Shown: positions 1-9,521 of the stretch, piece after piece
How positions within the stretch are numbered: the stretch's first letter is position 1
How the letters are laid out: every line of letters starts with the position of its first letter
From: a virus
Lineage: Duplodnaviria; Heunggongvirae; Uroviricota; Caudoviricetes
Virus record (IMG/VR): IMGVR_UViG_2537562195_000010
Direction: 5' to 3' (one strand)
Length of the DNA: 53,150 bases
Program-made: the position numbers and the translations under genes
Notes under the pieces: model-generated
Database searches by the model: none
The model's input: only the letters and a program-made list of their open reading frames with translations
What the model was told of the DNA's origin: nothing

Positions 1-1131
1 TCAAATGACCAGTTTTTTCCACTCTTTACCGCGTACATCGTTGTAAATATCGGTCATTTTTTGATTCGAATGACCCAGCAAAATTTGGGTATCAATTCCC
101 TGCTCCCTGAACAATCGCTCTGATAAAGATCTCTGCTCATGGAAAGAGGGTGGAGTGCCATTAGCGCGCCAGTTGTAATCCACAGAATCCCGGGCTTTTT
201 TAAATGCAACTGTCAACGTTGCTGGCTTAACCATCCCGCCGCGCTTAGCTGTCCCTTTAGCATGATGGTGGTGCAATAACCACGGACTAAGAACGCAATC
301 GCGACAGGATGACACTACATCATCCAGGGTGAGATTTAATTTATCGCAACGCAGAGCCAGAGGGATGGCAATCCGGGTTCCTGTTTTTTGCTGTTCGACA
401 TGAAGATAACCATCCCTGATATCCGAAAATTTCATTTTGCAAATATCTGAAAGGCGCTGGCCTGTCATCAGCGCCAGCAGCATACCACGTTGTAAAAAGT
501 AACCATCCTTTTCCGCTGCATTATAAATCATCATCCACTCATCAAAGGTCAGTCGTTGCCGTGATATCCGTACCTGTGGTTTTTTTGCCGATTCTGCAGG
601 GTTAAAGCCTGGCGAGACATCGCCCGTTTGCTGGGCCTCCCGGAAAACATCAATCAGTACTTTCCTGAAAATTTGTCCCATTCTGTTATGTCCTTTTGCC
701 TTGTAATCTTCCAGCACCGATACCACATCTTTTACGGTTATGGCATCTAATGGTCTGGTACCAAAACGTTCATCAAATACCCTGAGAGGGGATGCTTTCT
801 GTTTCAGTGTGTTGAGTTTGATCTCTCCGTTTTCATATCTTTCCTGTTGAATTTTTCGGTAACTATTCAGAAAAACAGAAACGGTTGATGAACCACCGGT
901 ATCACGAATAATTTTCTCCTGCAGAGTGAGCATTTGTTCCATTTGTTGCCTGGCAAGACGGCTGTTCGCTTCTGCTGCAATAGCTTCTGCCTGTTTCTGG
1001 TCAATACTGCCGAGCCCGTGATTTTTTCCTGTTATGGGATGCCTGTAACGCCAGTAAACTTTGTTATTTCTTTTGTCAAAATACGGAGATAATCCCGGAA
1101 CTTCAGTTTTATATTTTCGTGGGCGCGCCAT
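1..1131 (-). CDS. int: Tyrosine-type site-specific integrase (phage integrase)
   Basis: 376 aa ORF; stop codon at window positions 1-3; C-terminal catalytic-domain motifs typical of lambda-family integrases (R...HxxR...Y region, 'LLGHSNQKMTDIY'); overlaps the excisionase start by 23 nt as in lambdoid int-xis operons. Confidence 0.9.
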   Translation of the reverse strand: MARPRKYKTEVPGLSPYFDKRNNKVYWRYRHPITGKNHGLGSIDQKQAEAIAAEANSRLARQQMEQMLTLQEKIIRDTGGSSTVSVFLNSYRKIQQERYENGEIKLNTLKQKASPLRVFDERFGTRPLDAITVKDVVSVLEDYKAKGHNRMGQIFRKVLIDVFREAQQTGDVSPGFNPAESAKKPQVRISRQRLTFDEWMMIYNAAEKDGYFLQRGMLLALMTGQRLSDICKMKFSDIRDGYLHVEQQKTGTRIAIPLALRCDKLNLTLDDVVSSCRDCVLSPWLLHHHHAKGTAKRGGMVKPATLTVAFKKARDSVDYNWRANGTPPSFHEQRSLSERLFREQGIDTQILLGHSNQKMTDIYNDVRGKEWKKLVI

Positions 1132-1357
1132 CTTCCAGTATCCTCTTCAAAGCAGGGTGATCTGTGGCGATCACTTCCGGCTTGTTTACCATTCCGACAA
1201 AGCGAGCTCGAGGATCCACTCGCCAGTGTCTTCCAACTTTTTTGGGGAGAGGAAATATCATTCCGGCTTTAGCGTATTTACTTAACGTGCCCGGAGTCGG
1301 GACCGGGTCACTGAATTCCTCTTTTGCCCACTCAGTGAGAAGAATAAGTCTTGCCAT
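1109..1357 (-). CDS. xis: Excisionase (Xis-like DNA-binding protein)
   Basis: 82 aa ORF immediately upstream of and overlapping int; small basic protein 'MARLILLTEWAKEEF...' of the prophage excisionase type. Confidence 0.75.
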   Translation of the reverse strand: MARLILLTEWAKEEFSDPVPTPGTLSKYAKAGMIFPLPKKVGRHWRVDPRARFVGMVNKPEVIATDHPALKRILEDGAPTKI

Positions 1358-1421
1358 GAGAGTTGTTCGCTAATCATGGTCGCCGCCACTATAGCTTGCG
1401 GGCGACGACCGGGGTTGAACA

Positions 1422-3893
1422 TTAAAAATCAGCCTGACTCGGGAGCAGTTTTTGCCAGATGGCTGAAACGTATTTTGCCTGGTAACGCGCATCGTGCAGC
1501 GCGTTATGGCGTTCACCTTCGAATGGAATAGTCGTTCTTGCGTCGAAATCCATCACCAGTCCCAGAGCAACCATCGTTCTTACATCGCGATCATTGGTGT
1601 AACGCCACGGGCAGGGGATCTCCTGCCGTTCATATGAACGGCGTAAAATCACGTTGTCGAAAGTTGCACCGTTACCCCAGACCTGAACAAAAAATTCACC
1701 GGAGTTTTCGTCGATAAATTCCCGGAATTGCAGCAGTGCATCATCCAACGGGATTTCATCGGTCAGAATGGCGGATTGTGCTTCGCGTGACTGTTTCAGC
1801 CACCACTTAATGGTGTCCCGATCGATGACCCCGCCTGCGGTTTCCAGATCGATAGTTTTGCTGAATTCTGGCCCCATCTCTCCGGTTGCCGGATCAAAAA
1901 ACTTACCGGCTATAGCGTTTATTGGCGCATCAGGATTTTTTCCCATTGTTTCAAGGTCAATCATCAGATGGTGCCACAACCTGCTGGTGGATGTGATTTC
2001 ATGATGACCGTTCACTTTAATTAAGGGATTTGCTGTTTCGCCAGTTTTATTATCGCTGGCGTGATACTGATCGCTGACAGTGTTCTCCTTGTGCAGATGT
2101 TCAGTGCCTTCCATTTCCTCCGGATCATTTTCCTGAGCTTCAGCCTGATTCTCTTCATCGAATGTTTCCTGGTAGGTTGCGTTCCCCATCACCGCACCAC
2201 AGTCAGGACAGTTGCCGCCACCGGTCTGACCGCATGCGGTGCAAACTTTTTCCAGTTCCTGTTGCACTGCTGGTTCTGGTTGTTGTTCTTCTGGCCCGTT
2301 TTGTTGCGTATCCGGGCTGTTTTGTTCCGCTTCTGGCTCATTTTGTTTCTCGTTGGGCTGATTCTGGTCCTCAGCGTCGCGACTCTGGATCCCTTTCACC
2401 CATTTCGGATCATCCGGGTCGCTAATCCCTTCAACAAATTCACCACGTGATGCAGCAAGCAATTTATCGGCGTCAGGCTGGCTGATATTGGCTGCCTGCA
2501 TAATTTTGTTTACTTCGTCAGCGGTAACTTTTACCGGCTCTGGTTGTTCTGAATCTTCTGCGGTATCTGTATTTTGCTGTAAGCCCGTATATGTGCCATT
2601 TTTTCGGGCAAAATATTCTTCTTTTGAGATTTCGGTACCACCGGCAGCCAGCGCCTTGTCCAGGCCAGAAAGTTTGTTTGCCCTGCCGTATTTTTCCCCG
2701 TCCTTATCGGTAAAGACGAAATAAAACGGTCCTTCACGCTCTACAGATGGTTCAGCTTCCACCAGGATTTCATTTTTTTGAGAATTGGATTCCGCCGTCT
2801 CCACTGGATCAGTTTGTGCTGCTGACGACAGGATAGCATCAGCAGAGCTCTGGTCTGTTTCTTCATGTTCAAACACGCCCTTTGTCGTCAGGTATTCGCT
2901 GATGTATTTGTTCAGTGCAACGGGATCTTTGTGAATGTCGATCGGGCGCTCACGAACAAGGCCGAAAATAGTCTGACGGTCATAGCGAAGCGCATCAGGC
3001 TGTTTGCGCATTGATGCTGAGATACGCTTCCAGTCTTCGCGATCCTTGTCGATAACCTCATTTTTAGCCCAGCGATGGATGGTACCGTCAATGTTTCCTG
3101 CATCCACATCCCCGGGCCAGAGGGCGCAGGCCAGTTCTTTATCCAGTGTTTTCCATGTCTGCCTGTATTCGCGACGAATGGCTGTAGTGACAGGGTTGAT
3201 TTTTGCTGCTGAGTTTTCGGTGAGGTGCTGGTTAACTCTGGTGCGTGCGAGATCAACAACAGACGTATATTTTCCGGTTTTCTTGCGTTCACCTTCGCGA
3301 CGTTTTTTCCAGATGCGCATCTCTGCCTGAATTTCTGGCCATTTGGCACCAGGCTTACATTTATGCTTAACCCACCCGATGGCATGCAGTTTAATCTCCG
3401 GATACATGGCGTTAACTTCTGGCATTTTCATCAACGCTTCAACGATATGTCCGTTGAAGGTTGCCATGTCTTCCTGCAACAATTCCTGTGCGCTAATCAC
3501 CATATCAACGGTGATGTTTTCACATGTGTCGAACTTAACCATGACAGCGTTCTGTACTTCAGGGGACAGCTTGTCAAAAGTGACATTCATCGGATCTGAT
3601 TCAGTCTCAACCGGGACAAAGGAAGCAGACTCCTCATCCCAGCGGTTTTCCAGCATATATTCAGCATCCCAGGAGTCGAGGGCTGGGCGGGGTGTACCGG
3701 GTTTATCCTCACAGACAAGAAATTTATAAGCGCAGTCCTGAGCAGCCGGATAATGTTCAAGGAATTGCCAGTGAAATTTTGCGCGGGCGCGACGTTCATC
3801 ACCGGCTTCAATGGCTGTGGCCACAGCAACAGCGCCCTCGTTTTTTATTGCCTGTTCGTCAGGAATGGCGGCGCAAATAAATATTTTACTCAT
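1422..3893 (-). CDS. Phage exonuclease, large form, with C-terminal DnaQ-like 3'-5' exonuclease (DEDDh) domain
   Basis: 823 aa ORF; C-terminal region has 'DLETMG', 'GNGATFD' and 'HNALHDARY' motifs consistent with a DEDDh exonuclease; central Q/E/P-rich acidic low-complexity linker; position equals the exo/recE slot of lambdoid early-left operons. Confidence 0.7.
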   Translation of the reverse strand: MSKIFICAAIPDEQAIKNEGAVAVATAIEAGDERRARAKFHWQFLEHYPAAQDCAYKFLVCEDKPGTPRPALDSWDAEYMLENRWDEESASFVPVETESDPMNVTFDKLSPEVQNAVMVKFDTCENITVDMVISAQELLQEDMATFNGHIVEALMKMPEVNAMYPEIKLHAIGWVKHKCKPGAKWPEIQAEMRIWKKRREGERKKTGKYTSVVDLARTRVNQHLTENSAAKINPVTTAIRREYRQTWKTLDKELACALWPGDVDAGNIDGTIHRWAKNEVIDKDREDWKRISASMRKQPDALRYDRQTIFGLVRERPIDIHKDPVALNKYISEYLTTKGVFEHEETDQSSADAILSSAAQTDPVETAESNSQKNEILVEAEPSVEREGPFYFVFTDKDGEKYGRANKLSGLDKALAAGGTEISKEEYFARKNGTYTGLQQNTDTAEDSEQPEPVKVTADEVNKIMQAANISQPDADKLLAASRGEFVEGISDPDDPKWVKGIQSRDAEDQNQPNEKQNEPEAEQNSPDTQQNGPEEQQPEPAVQQELEKVCTACGQTGGGNCPDCGAVMGNATYQETFDEENQAEAQENDPEEMEGTEHLHKENTVSDQYHASDNKTGETANPLIKVNGHHEITSTSRLWHHLMIDLETMGKNPDAPINAIAGKFFDPATGEMGPEFSKTIDLETAGGVIDRDTIKWWLKQSREAQSAILTDEIPLDDALLQFREFIDENSGEFFVQVWGNGATFDNVILRRSYERQEIPCPWRYTNDRDVRTMVALGLVMDFDARTTIPFEGERHNALHDARYQAKYVSAIWQKLLPSQADF

Positions 3894-3988
3894 TGTGTTT
3901 AAACCTCATTACAGATTTCAGGGTGAACGAATCCCTGCCATTGCTGGCATTTTTAATCCGTTGGTATGGCGTTAATATGGCTGGCGGG

Positions 3989-4177
3989 TTATCCTGCCGG
4001 TGTTTCGTTATTCAGGTACAGCGATACTTTGTTTAACGGGAGACATTCACCGGAAATTTTTTGCTCGTCTCTTGCCTGATGGCAGGATTCTTTACTGGCA
4101 TAAATTCCGGTAATCACATTCTGTGGCTCACCTGTTATAAGAAAAACCGTCATCATCAGTGCAAACGCTGAACTCAC
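3989..4177 (-). CDS. Small hypothetical protein with hydrophobic N-terminus
   Basis: 62 aa; GTG start preceded by GGAGG at 6 nt spacing on the minus strand; GTGA start/stop overlap with the upstream 62-aa ORF suggests translational coupling. Confidence 0.4.
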   Translation of the reverse strand: MSSAFALMMTVFLITGEPQNVITGIYASKESCHQARDEQKISGECLPLNKVSLYLNNETPAG

Positions 4178-4362
4178 TGCTGCCCTCCGAAAATGCCAAG
4201 TTCAAGAAGGGCAATTCTGGAGAGTATGGAATTATCATTGAGAAGATAAGGCTCATATTTTCTCATCCTGATGGCGTCCTCAGTAAACTCCCGGTTACTG
4301 AGCAGAATACCAATATTAAAACACCCTTCAGACGTATTAACGTTTGGTAGTGACGTTTCCAT
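4174..4362 (-). CDS. Small hypothetical protein
   Basis: 62 aa; ATG preceded by GAGGA at ~7 nt on the minus strand; coupled to the downstream small ORF. Confidence 0.35.
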   Translation of the reverse strand: METSLPNVNTSEGCFNIGILLSNREFTEDAIRMRKYEPYLLNDNSILSRIALLELGIFGGQQ

Positions 4363-4899
4363 TATCGCGTCCTCAACAATGAATTTTGTGATGTGGTGCC
4401 TGGTGCCTCCAGGTGACGTTAACCAGTTAACAATTAACGCCGGATTGTTAGTTGATGTCTGTTACGCCAGTAAAAGACCGCTTGTTTTAACTGTTCCGCG
4501 TGCGCTTAGCCGCATTCACCGCATCACAAAATACACTTTAAAAATGGCGGATATCCATTTCCGCCGAATCACCAGAAAAGTGATAACAGAGGTTGTTGTG
4601 GCGGTGTTGTCACTCAGGCGCATGGTCAACCTGACAACCCGGTACATTTTCTGGAGCAATGGAGGAAGCCCCAGCCATACTTACCGCCGCGCCATTTCGC
4701 GGATTGCCACAACCGGAAGCGCACGATCGAATTAAATTTAACGACAAGCCTTATATTCTCGCCGTGCGCTTTCGTGTTATGCCCTGACTTTTCAGGGATA
4801 TGTTCTTTCAGCAAACTGTCAGTGCCGGATTCTTATCCGTGTCCGGCGCACGACCACACGTGACAGCGTGTTGGTCTCCATCATTAACCCGGAACCTCT

Positions 4900-5085
4900 A
4901 TGGAGGATAATATGCAAGTTGATATTATTAGCCCTGTAACTGATCCATATGCTTGCGCACATCAGGCTCTTCTGGCACTAATCAACGCCGGAAAAATTGA
5001 AAATTCCGCTATGTGCTTTGAAGAGTTGAAACAACTTGTGCGCTTGTATGAATATATTAAAAAACAATCACAAGATACGGCGTAA
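4900..5085 (+). CDS. Small hypothetical protein
   Basis: 61 aa ORF with strong RBS (GGAGG, 6 nt spacing) on the plus strand, embedded in an otherwise leftward operon. Confidence 0.4.
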   Translation: MEDNMQVDIISPVTDPYACAHQALLALINAGKIENSAMCFEELKQLVRLYEYIKKQSQDTA

Positions 5086-5165
5086 TATTTAAAATACTTT
5101 CTGTTATATGTGCCTGCTATAATGCTGGCCCATATTTCTAACCCCTCTATAAGAAAAACATATTA

Positions 5166-5579
5166 TTATGGCAATTTCTTCGGTAGCTCTTCAGAAAGCT
5201 GAGTTGTTTTAATTATGGTTTTTAAATAATCATCGCTTTCACATTTGAGTGATTCTATGGCAATCCAGATGCGGGCTTCGGTGCCTGCATTTGGTTCCAG
5301 TTGTTGTAGACGTTTTGCATCTTCCAGTAGTAAGGCGATAACGTGTTTCAGCTTCTCATCATTCGCTTGATTCTTATTTTCAGGCGAATGTTGTCCGCCG
5401 AATGGCCACTTTTCTTCGTACAGCCCGATAAAGGTTCGACGCACGTTACCGGATATATTATCGACGGTTTCTTTTTCTACGGTACTCAGGTCAAGAGTCG
5501 CCAGTTGAGAGCGAACTATATTCGCTGCCATTTCCTGGAATGGTACTGGTAAATCTTTAAATTCCATCGTCAACCTCAT
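5166..5579 (-). CDS. Hypothetical early-left protein (first gene downstream of the putative PL)
   Basis: 137 aa ORF on the repressor strand, ~320 nt downstream of the putative OL/PL; not Arg-rich, so not an obvious N-type antiterminator; no family recognised. Confidence 0.5.
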   Translation of the reverse strand: MRLTMEFKDLPVPFQEMAANIVRSQLATLDLSTVEKETVDNISGNVRRTFIGLYEEKWPFGGQHSPENKNQANDEKLKHVIALLLEDAKRLQQLEPNAGTEARIWIAIESLKCESDDYLKTIIKTTQLSEELPKKLP

Positions 5580-5913
5580 CAGTCAGTGTTTCTGGCTAAC
5601 CAGCGACGCGCGCCAGCTTCAGTTTTAAACGTTTTGCTTCTGGTATACGTCATCGCGGTAAACGTGCCGTCCAGGTTGGGGAATACTCCGCATACCAGAG
5701 ATTCGTTGTTGCCAAGATTGAGCGTATCCATGTTGACCTCATTTCCCCTTAACGCCGGGTCGCGGAACTAAAAACCTGCTGCGCTGTTATACAAAGTGTT
5801 CCCGCCGTCATGTTCATACGCCTCGGGCTGGCTACTTAACCCCTGACCACTGCCGGGTAACTCTAAGTATTGCCCTGCGTTCTGTGGGGCGGGGTGGGTT
5901 GGTATGAAATGAA

Positions 5914-5954
5914 GAATACCTGCGGGTATTCAAAAAGTAAATACCCACGGGTAA
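5914..5954. promoter_or_regulatory. Putative OL operator pair (two 16-bp palindromes AATACC-N4-GGTATT / AATACC-N4-GGTAAG)
   Basis: Seen directly: 5914-5929 'AATACCTGCGGGTATT' and 5939-5954 'AATACCCACGGGTAAG', just downstream of the repressor gene end, where a leftward promoter would sit. Confidence 0.45.
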
Positions 5955-5996
5955 GTTTTTTGGTGTATCTTGACTGGTGCTAGGTTGTTTGGTGGG

Positions 5997-6416
5997 CTAT
6001 GATGTGTTTCGTGCTTTCTTTTTGCTGATTTCTTCGTAGATCATATTGTAATATTGTTTTTTCTCTTCAAGAGTTTTTAATAAGTTATCCGCTTCGCTTT
6101 CTGGCAGTTCGTCCAAGAGATCTAAAAAAATACGTTGTCGTGGTGTTAGAACCCTTGTTTCATAATTGGAGGTTGTGTTCGTTGATGATGAAACGATACC
6201 ATCCATCCATCCCCGGGGTAACCCAAAGGATTCTTCGATAATCTCCACCATATCATCAGCGATCCGTTTTTTCCCTTTTTTCCCCTCTGGGTACAACATT
6301 CTTGATACATAAGAAGGCTCGCGGCCGATTTTTCTGGCCACGTTAACCGCTTTACCATCGCATTTCTCATCACGAATTTTGATGAGTTGCTGTCGTCTAA
6401 ATTCATATTTGTCCAT
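5997..6416 (-). CDS. Prophage repressor (CI-like HTH protein lacking an S24 peptidase domain)
   Basis: 139 aa; HTH-like segment 'VARKIGREPSYVSRML'; divergent from a Cro-like gene and flanked on both sides by related palindromic operators; no Ala-Gly/Ser-Lys autocleavage module recognisable. Confidence 0.7.
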   Translation of the reverse strand: MDKYEFRRQQLIKIRDEKCDGKAVNVARKIGREPSYVSRMLYPEGKKGKKRIADDMVEIIEESFGLPRGWMDGIVSSSTNTTSNYETRVLTPRQRIFLDLLDELPESEADNLLKTLEEKKQYYNMIYEEISKKKARNTS

Positions 6417-6434
6417 AGGTAAATAATAGAGGCG

Positions 6435-6491
6435 ATTACCGCAAGGTAAACAACCCAGGGGTATTGACTTTTGTTTACCTGTGGGTATTCT
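6435..6491. promoter_or_regulatory. Putative OR operators and PR promoter for the Cro-like gene
   Basis: Operator-like palindromes 6435-6450 'ATTACCGCAAGGTAAA' and 6475-6490 'TTTACCTGTGGGTATT' with the same half-site family as OL; -35 'TTGACT' at 6465-6470 overlapping the operators; Cro-like start at 6518. Confidence 0.45.
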
Positions 6492-6517
6492 TTTGTTGTG
6501 TTTACTAAGGAGTAGTT

Positions 6518-6799
6518 ATGGAAGAATTAAGAATATTTCTCAATTCTCTTTCGTCAGATGAACAGCGTATGTTTGCATGTGAGTGTGGTACTAGCATCGG
6601 TTATCTAAGAAAAGCATTGAGTAAAGGTCAAGTGTTAGGGGCATCGTTATGTGTCCTTATTGAGCGAGCCAGTAATGGTGAAGTTACACGTCAGCAACTA
6701 CGGCCTTTTGATTGGATGAACATTTGGCCCGAGCTGGAAGATACCCAAACGTTAACACAACCACTTTCCTGGAGCTTGATTCATGAAAATCAAGCATGA
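6518..6799 (+). CDS. Cro-like transcriptional regulator (YdaS-family HTH)
   Basis: 93 aa; '...GTSIGYLRKALSKG...LCVLIERASNGEVTRQQLRPFDW' matches the YdaS/Cro-like pattern (C..IERAT.G.V....LRPD.W); divergent from the repressor. Confidence 0.7.
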   Translation: MEELRIFLNSLSSDEQRMFACECGTSIGYLRKALSKGQVLGASLCVLIERASNGEVTRQQLRPFDWMNIWPELEDTQTLTQPLSWSLIHENQA

Positions 6800-7220
6800 A
6801 CACATCCGCATGGCAATGAATGCGTGGCTGCTTTATCCGAAGGTAGGGCGCAAAAAAATCGCTGATGATATAGCGACAGCATATTTTGAGCTTGAAATGA
6901 CTTATCCACCAATGCATGACACCTCTACGACAGAGGGTATTGGATTGAACATACAAAATATTTTTCGCTGGCTTGAAAAGGATACGCCTGATGCTGTTGA
7001 AAAAATTCAGGCACTAATTCCGGCTATCCTGACTGTTCTTCCGCGTGAACTGCGTTATCACCTCAGTATTTTTGACACTGTTGAGCGCCGTGCATTACTG
7101 GCGGCGCAGGAAGCGTTGAGCACGGCAATTGATGCACATGATGATGCAGTCCAGGCCGTTTACCGGAAAGCGTATTTCAGCGACAGCGGGTCATCCGGCG
7201 AGTCTGTTGTGGTGCATTGA
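6783..7220 (+). CDS. YdaT-like protein (possible CII-type regulator analogue)
   Basis: 145 aa ORF directly after the YdaS-like gene, the racR-ydaS-ydaT arrangement of Rac-type immunity regions; assignment by synteny and general resemblance only. Confidence 0.5.
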   Translation: MKIKHEHIRMAMNAWLLYPKVGRKKIADDIATAYFELEMTYPPMHDTSTTEGIGLNIQNIFRWLEKDTPDAVEKIQALIPAILTVLPRELRYHLSIFDTVERRALLAAQEALSTAIDAHDDAVQAVYRKAYFSDSGSSGESVVVH

Positions 7221-7306
7221 TATTTATGCCAGACCCCTGCTGATTCTGTTGATTGGGGAATCACAGAATATCACCAGAGGATGGTTCGTCACAAGATGAG
7301 GCAATT

Positions 7307-8317
7307 ATGGCCGCATTACCATACATGCAACTGTACATAGCTGATTACCTGGCTGACACCATGCATTTGTCCGCAGAGGAGCACGGCGCGTATTTGTTGT
7401 TGATGTTCAATTACTGGCAAACAGGGAAACCAATACCTAAAAACAGGCTGGCAAAAATTTCCCGTCTGACTAACGAGCGATGGGCTGATGTGGAACCATC
7501 CTTGCGGGAGTTTTTTTGCGATAACGGCGATGAATGGGTGCATCTTCGGATTGAGGAAGATCTGGCATCAGTCAGGGAAAAATTAACCAAAAAATCAGCC
7601 GCCGGAAAAGCATCTGTTCAGGCCAGAAGAAGCAGAAAGGAAGCATATGTTCAAACAAAACAAGAGAGAGATTTAACAGGCGTTCAAACAAATGTTGGTG
7701 TTGTGTTTGAACATGACGCAAACACAAAAGCAACTAATAAAGATACAGATCTAAAAGAATTAAACCCCACACATAACGTGCATGAACGCGAGAGTATTCC
7801 GACCGGTGAGTCGCATGGTGCGCCGTTGCAGACAGCCGAACCTGAATACCTGGACGGCCTGAGCGAACCGATCGGGAAATTTTCGATGACTACTGTCTGG
7901 CAGCCGTCGCCGGATTTTCGACAACGGGCAGCAGTGTGGGGTATGGCTCTGCCTGAGCCGGAATTTACACCTGCTGAGCTTGCCGCATTCCGGGATTACT
8001 GGATGGCGGAGGGGAAGGTTTTCACGCAGGTTCAGTGGGAGCAGAAATTTGCCCGCCACGTGCAGCACGTCAGGGCACAGGTAAAACCAGTCAGCAAGGG
8101 GGTAAGCCATGCAGCATCAGGTGGCACGGCATCACGGGCAGTTCAGGAAATCCGGGCAGCACGCGAACAGTGGGAACGTGACAACGGATTTATCAGCAAC
8201 GGAAACGGCCTGGAAGCTGTGGGAGCTTATGGGGGAGGTGTATTCGAACCGCTGGACTCAGAAGAACGGGGCCGCACCTTCGAAGCTCTGGATTGCCCAG
8301 ATTGGTGCGATGACTGA
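7307..8317 (+). CDS. Replication initiation protein (DUF1376 N-terminal domain plus DnaT-like C-terminal domain)
   Basis: ORF 7253..8317; likely start is the ATG at 7307 ('MAALPYMQLYIADYLADT...', RBS GAGG upstream). N-terminal 'YLLLMFNYWQTG' region is DUF1376-like; C-terminal half is DnaT/primosome-like; stop overlaps the next gene's start (ATGACTGA). Confidence 0.65.
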   Translation: MAALPYMQLYIADYLADTMHLSAEEHGAYLLLMFNYWQTGKPIPKNRLAKISRLTNERWADVEPSLREFFCDNGDEWVHLRIEEDLASVREKLTKKSAAGKASVQARRSRKEAYVQTKQERDLTGVQTNVGVVFEHDANTKATNKDTDLKELNPTHNVHERESIPTGESHGAPLQTAEPEYLDGLSEPIGKFSMTTVWQPSPDFRQRAAVWGMALPEPEFTPAELAAFRDYWMAEGKVFTQVQWEQKFARHVQHVRAQVKPVSKGVSHAASGGTASRAVQEIRAAREQWERDNGFISNGNGLEAVGAYGGGVFEPLDSEERGRTFEALDCPDWCDD

Positions 8318-8771
8318 ACAGCAAATCCGTCTGGTCTGCCGTCAGTGCATGGACCGCTGCCGGGCGGGTGAAACGTGGCCCCCGGACCTGGCTGAGTTTG
8401 TTGCGCTGATTTCGGAGAGTGGGGCAAATCCATTTGGTCTTACGGTGGATGCAGTGATGGAAGAGTACCGGCGCTGGCGCAATGAATCCTGGCGATACGA
8501 CGGGAGTGATAAATACCCGTGGCCACAGCCTGTGCTGTACCACATCTGCCTCGAAATGCGTACCAGAGGGATTGAGCGCCAGATGACGCAGGGTGAGTTA
8601 AAACGACTTGCGGAACGGCAACTGACGAAATGGGCAAAGCATGTTGGTAACGGGATGAGTGTTCCGCCAGTGCGACGACAACTGGAAGGGGCGAAACACC
8701 CGCAAGGGCCAACGCCAATTGAACGGCTGAAACAGGAATACGAACGCCGGAAGGCAGCTGGTTTTATTTGA
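8310..8771 (+). CDS. Lambda P-like replication protein (DnaB helicase loader)
   Basis: C-terminal region aligns by eye to lambda P ('WPPDLAEFVALI', 'YPWPQPVLYHICLEM', 'GELKRLAERQLTKWAKHV'). Start uncertain: 8310 (ATG overlapping the upstream stop), 8229 or 8109 are all in frame. Confidence 0.6.
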   Translation: MTEQQIRLVCRQCMDRCRAGETWPPDLAEFVALISESGANPFGLTVDAVMEEYRRWRNESWRYDGSDKYPWPQPVLYHICLEMRTRGIERQMTQGELKRLAERQLTKWAKHVGNGMSVPPVRRQLEGAKHPQGPTPIERLKQEYERRKAAGFI

Positions 8772-8786
8772 ATCTGGGAAACGATT

Positions 8787-9521
8787 TTGTCGGAGGAAAT
8801 TTTAATGGAAACCGTATTTGACGCACTGAAAGCACTGAAAAGAGCCTCTTCACAGGTAGTGGCGGCCCGCCTTGGAATCAGCCGTGAAGATGCGGTCAAC
8901 GAACTGTGGAAACTGAAGCGCCGTGGTGAAGCGGATAACAAGGGGTCGATGTGGTGGCTGACTCAGGCAGGTGAAAGTGAACCAGTGTCACCGGTACCGA
9001 AAGTGACAGCGCAAATGCTGACTGAGGCGATTGAACAACATGGCCCACAAACGGCAGATGAGCTGGCACTGATGTTCGGGATTACCTCCCGCCGGGCGAA
9101 TTCATCACTGGCCATGGCAATCAGCAAAGGGCGTCTGATTCGCGTGAATCAGGGCGGTAAATTTCGTTACTGCATACCGGGCGCTGATTTACCGGCAGAG
9201 CCGGAAGCTGCATCCGTAGCGGAAACAGATGGTAAAGCCTTTCCTCAGCCAGCAGGTGTTGCGTTACCAGTCCGGGAAACGACGACACAGGAAGAAATGA
9301 AAACAGAAATCGTGGAAGACATTGTGAAGTTACAGCCATCGGTCACCGAAACGAAAGCAGATGACCTGATTCTACCATCGCTGCATGTGGCTAACCGCGA
9401 GCTGCGCCGGGCAAAAGGTCAGGTTCAGAAGTGGGAGCGTGTCTGCGCCGCGCTGCGGGAGCTGAACAAGTGCCGGGATATTCTCCGGGATATTACCGCC
9501 ACCAGAGAACAGCAGCGGTGA
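8787..9521 (+). CDS. Hypothetical protein
   Basis: 244 aa ORF with good coding character; GTGA overlap with the next gene; no family recognised. Confidence 0.5.
   Translation: MSEEILMETVFDALKALKRASSQVVAARLGISREDAVNELWKLKRRGEADNKGSMWWLTQAGESEPVSPVPKVTAQMLTEAIEQHGPQTADELALMFGITSRRANSSLAMAISKGRLIRVNQGGKFRYCIPGADLPAEPEAASVAETDGKAFPQPAGVALPVRETTTQEEMKTEIVEDIVKLQPSVTETKADDLILPSLHVANRELRRAKGQVQKWERVCAALRELNKCRDILRDITATREQQR

Noticed and set aside
4540-4570. Hairpin GGCGG-N10-CCGCC with a flanking A/T run that could be a minus-strand terminator
   Set aside because: The stem is only 5 bp with a 10-nt loop and the T-run is interrupted; too weak to call without transcript data.
4271-4735. 154-aa plus-strand ORF in the early-left region
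   Set aside because: No RBS, and an amino-acid composition and codon pattern that do not look protein-like; it overlaps a better-supported minus-strand small gene.
8342-8941. 199-aa minus-strand ORF across the P-like replication gene and the following intergenic region
   Set aside because: Antisense to a gene with recognisable lambda-P similarity; Ser/Arg/Cys-rich composition typical of shadow ORFs.
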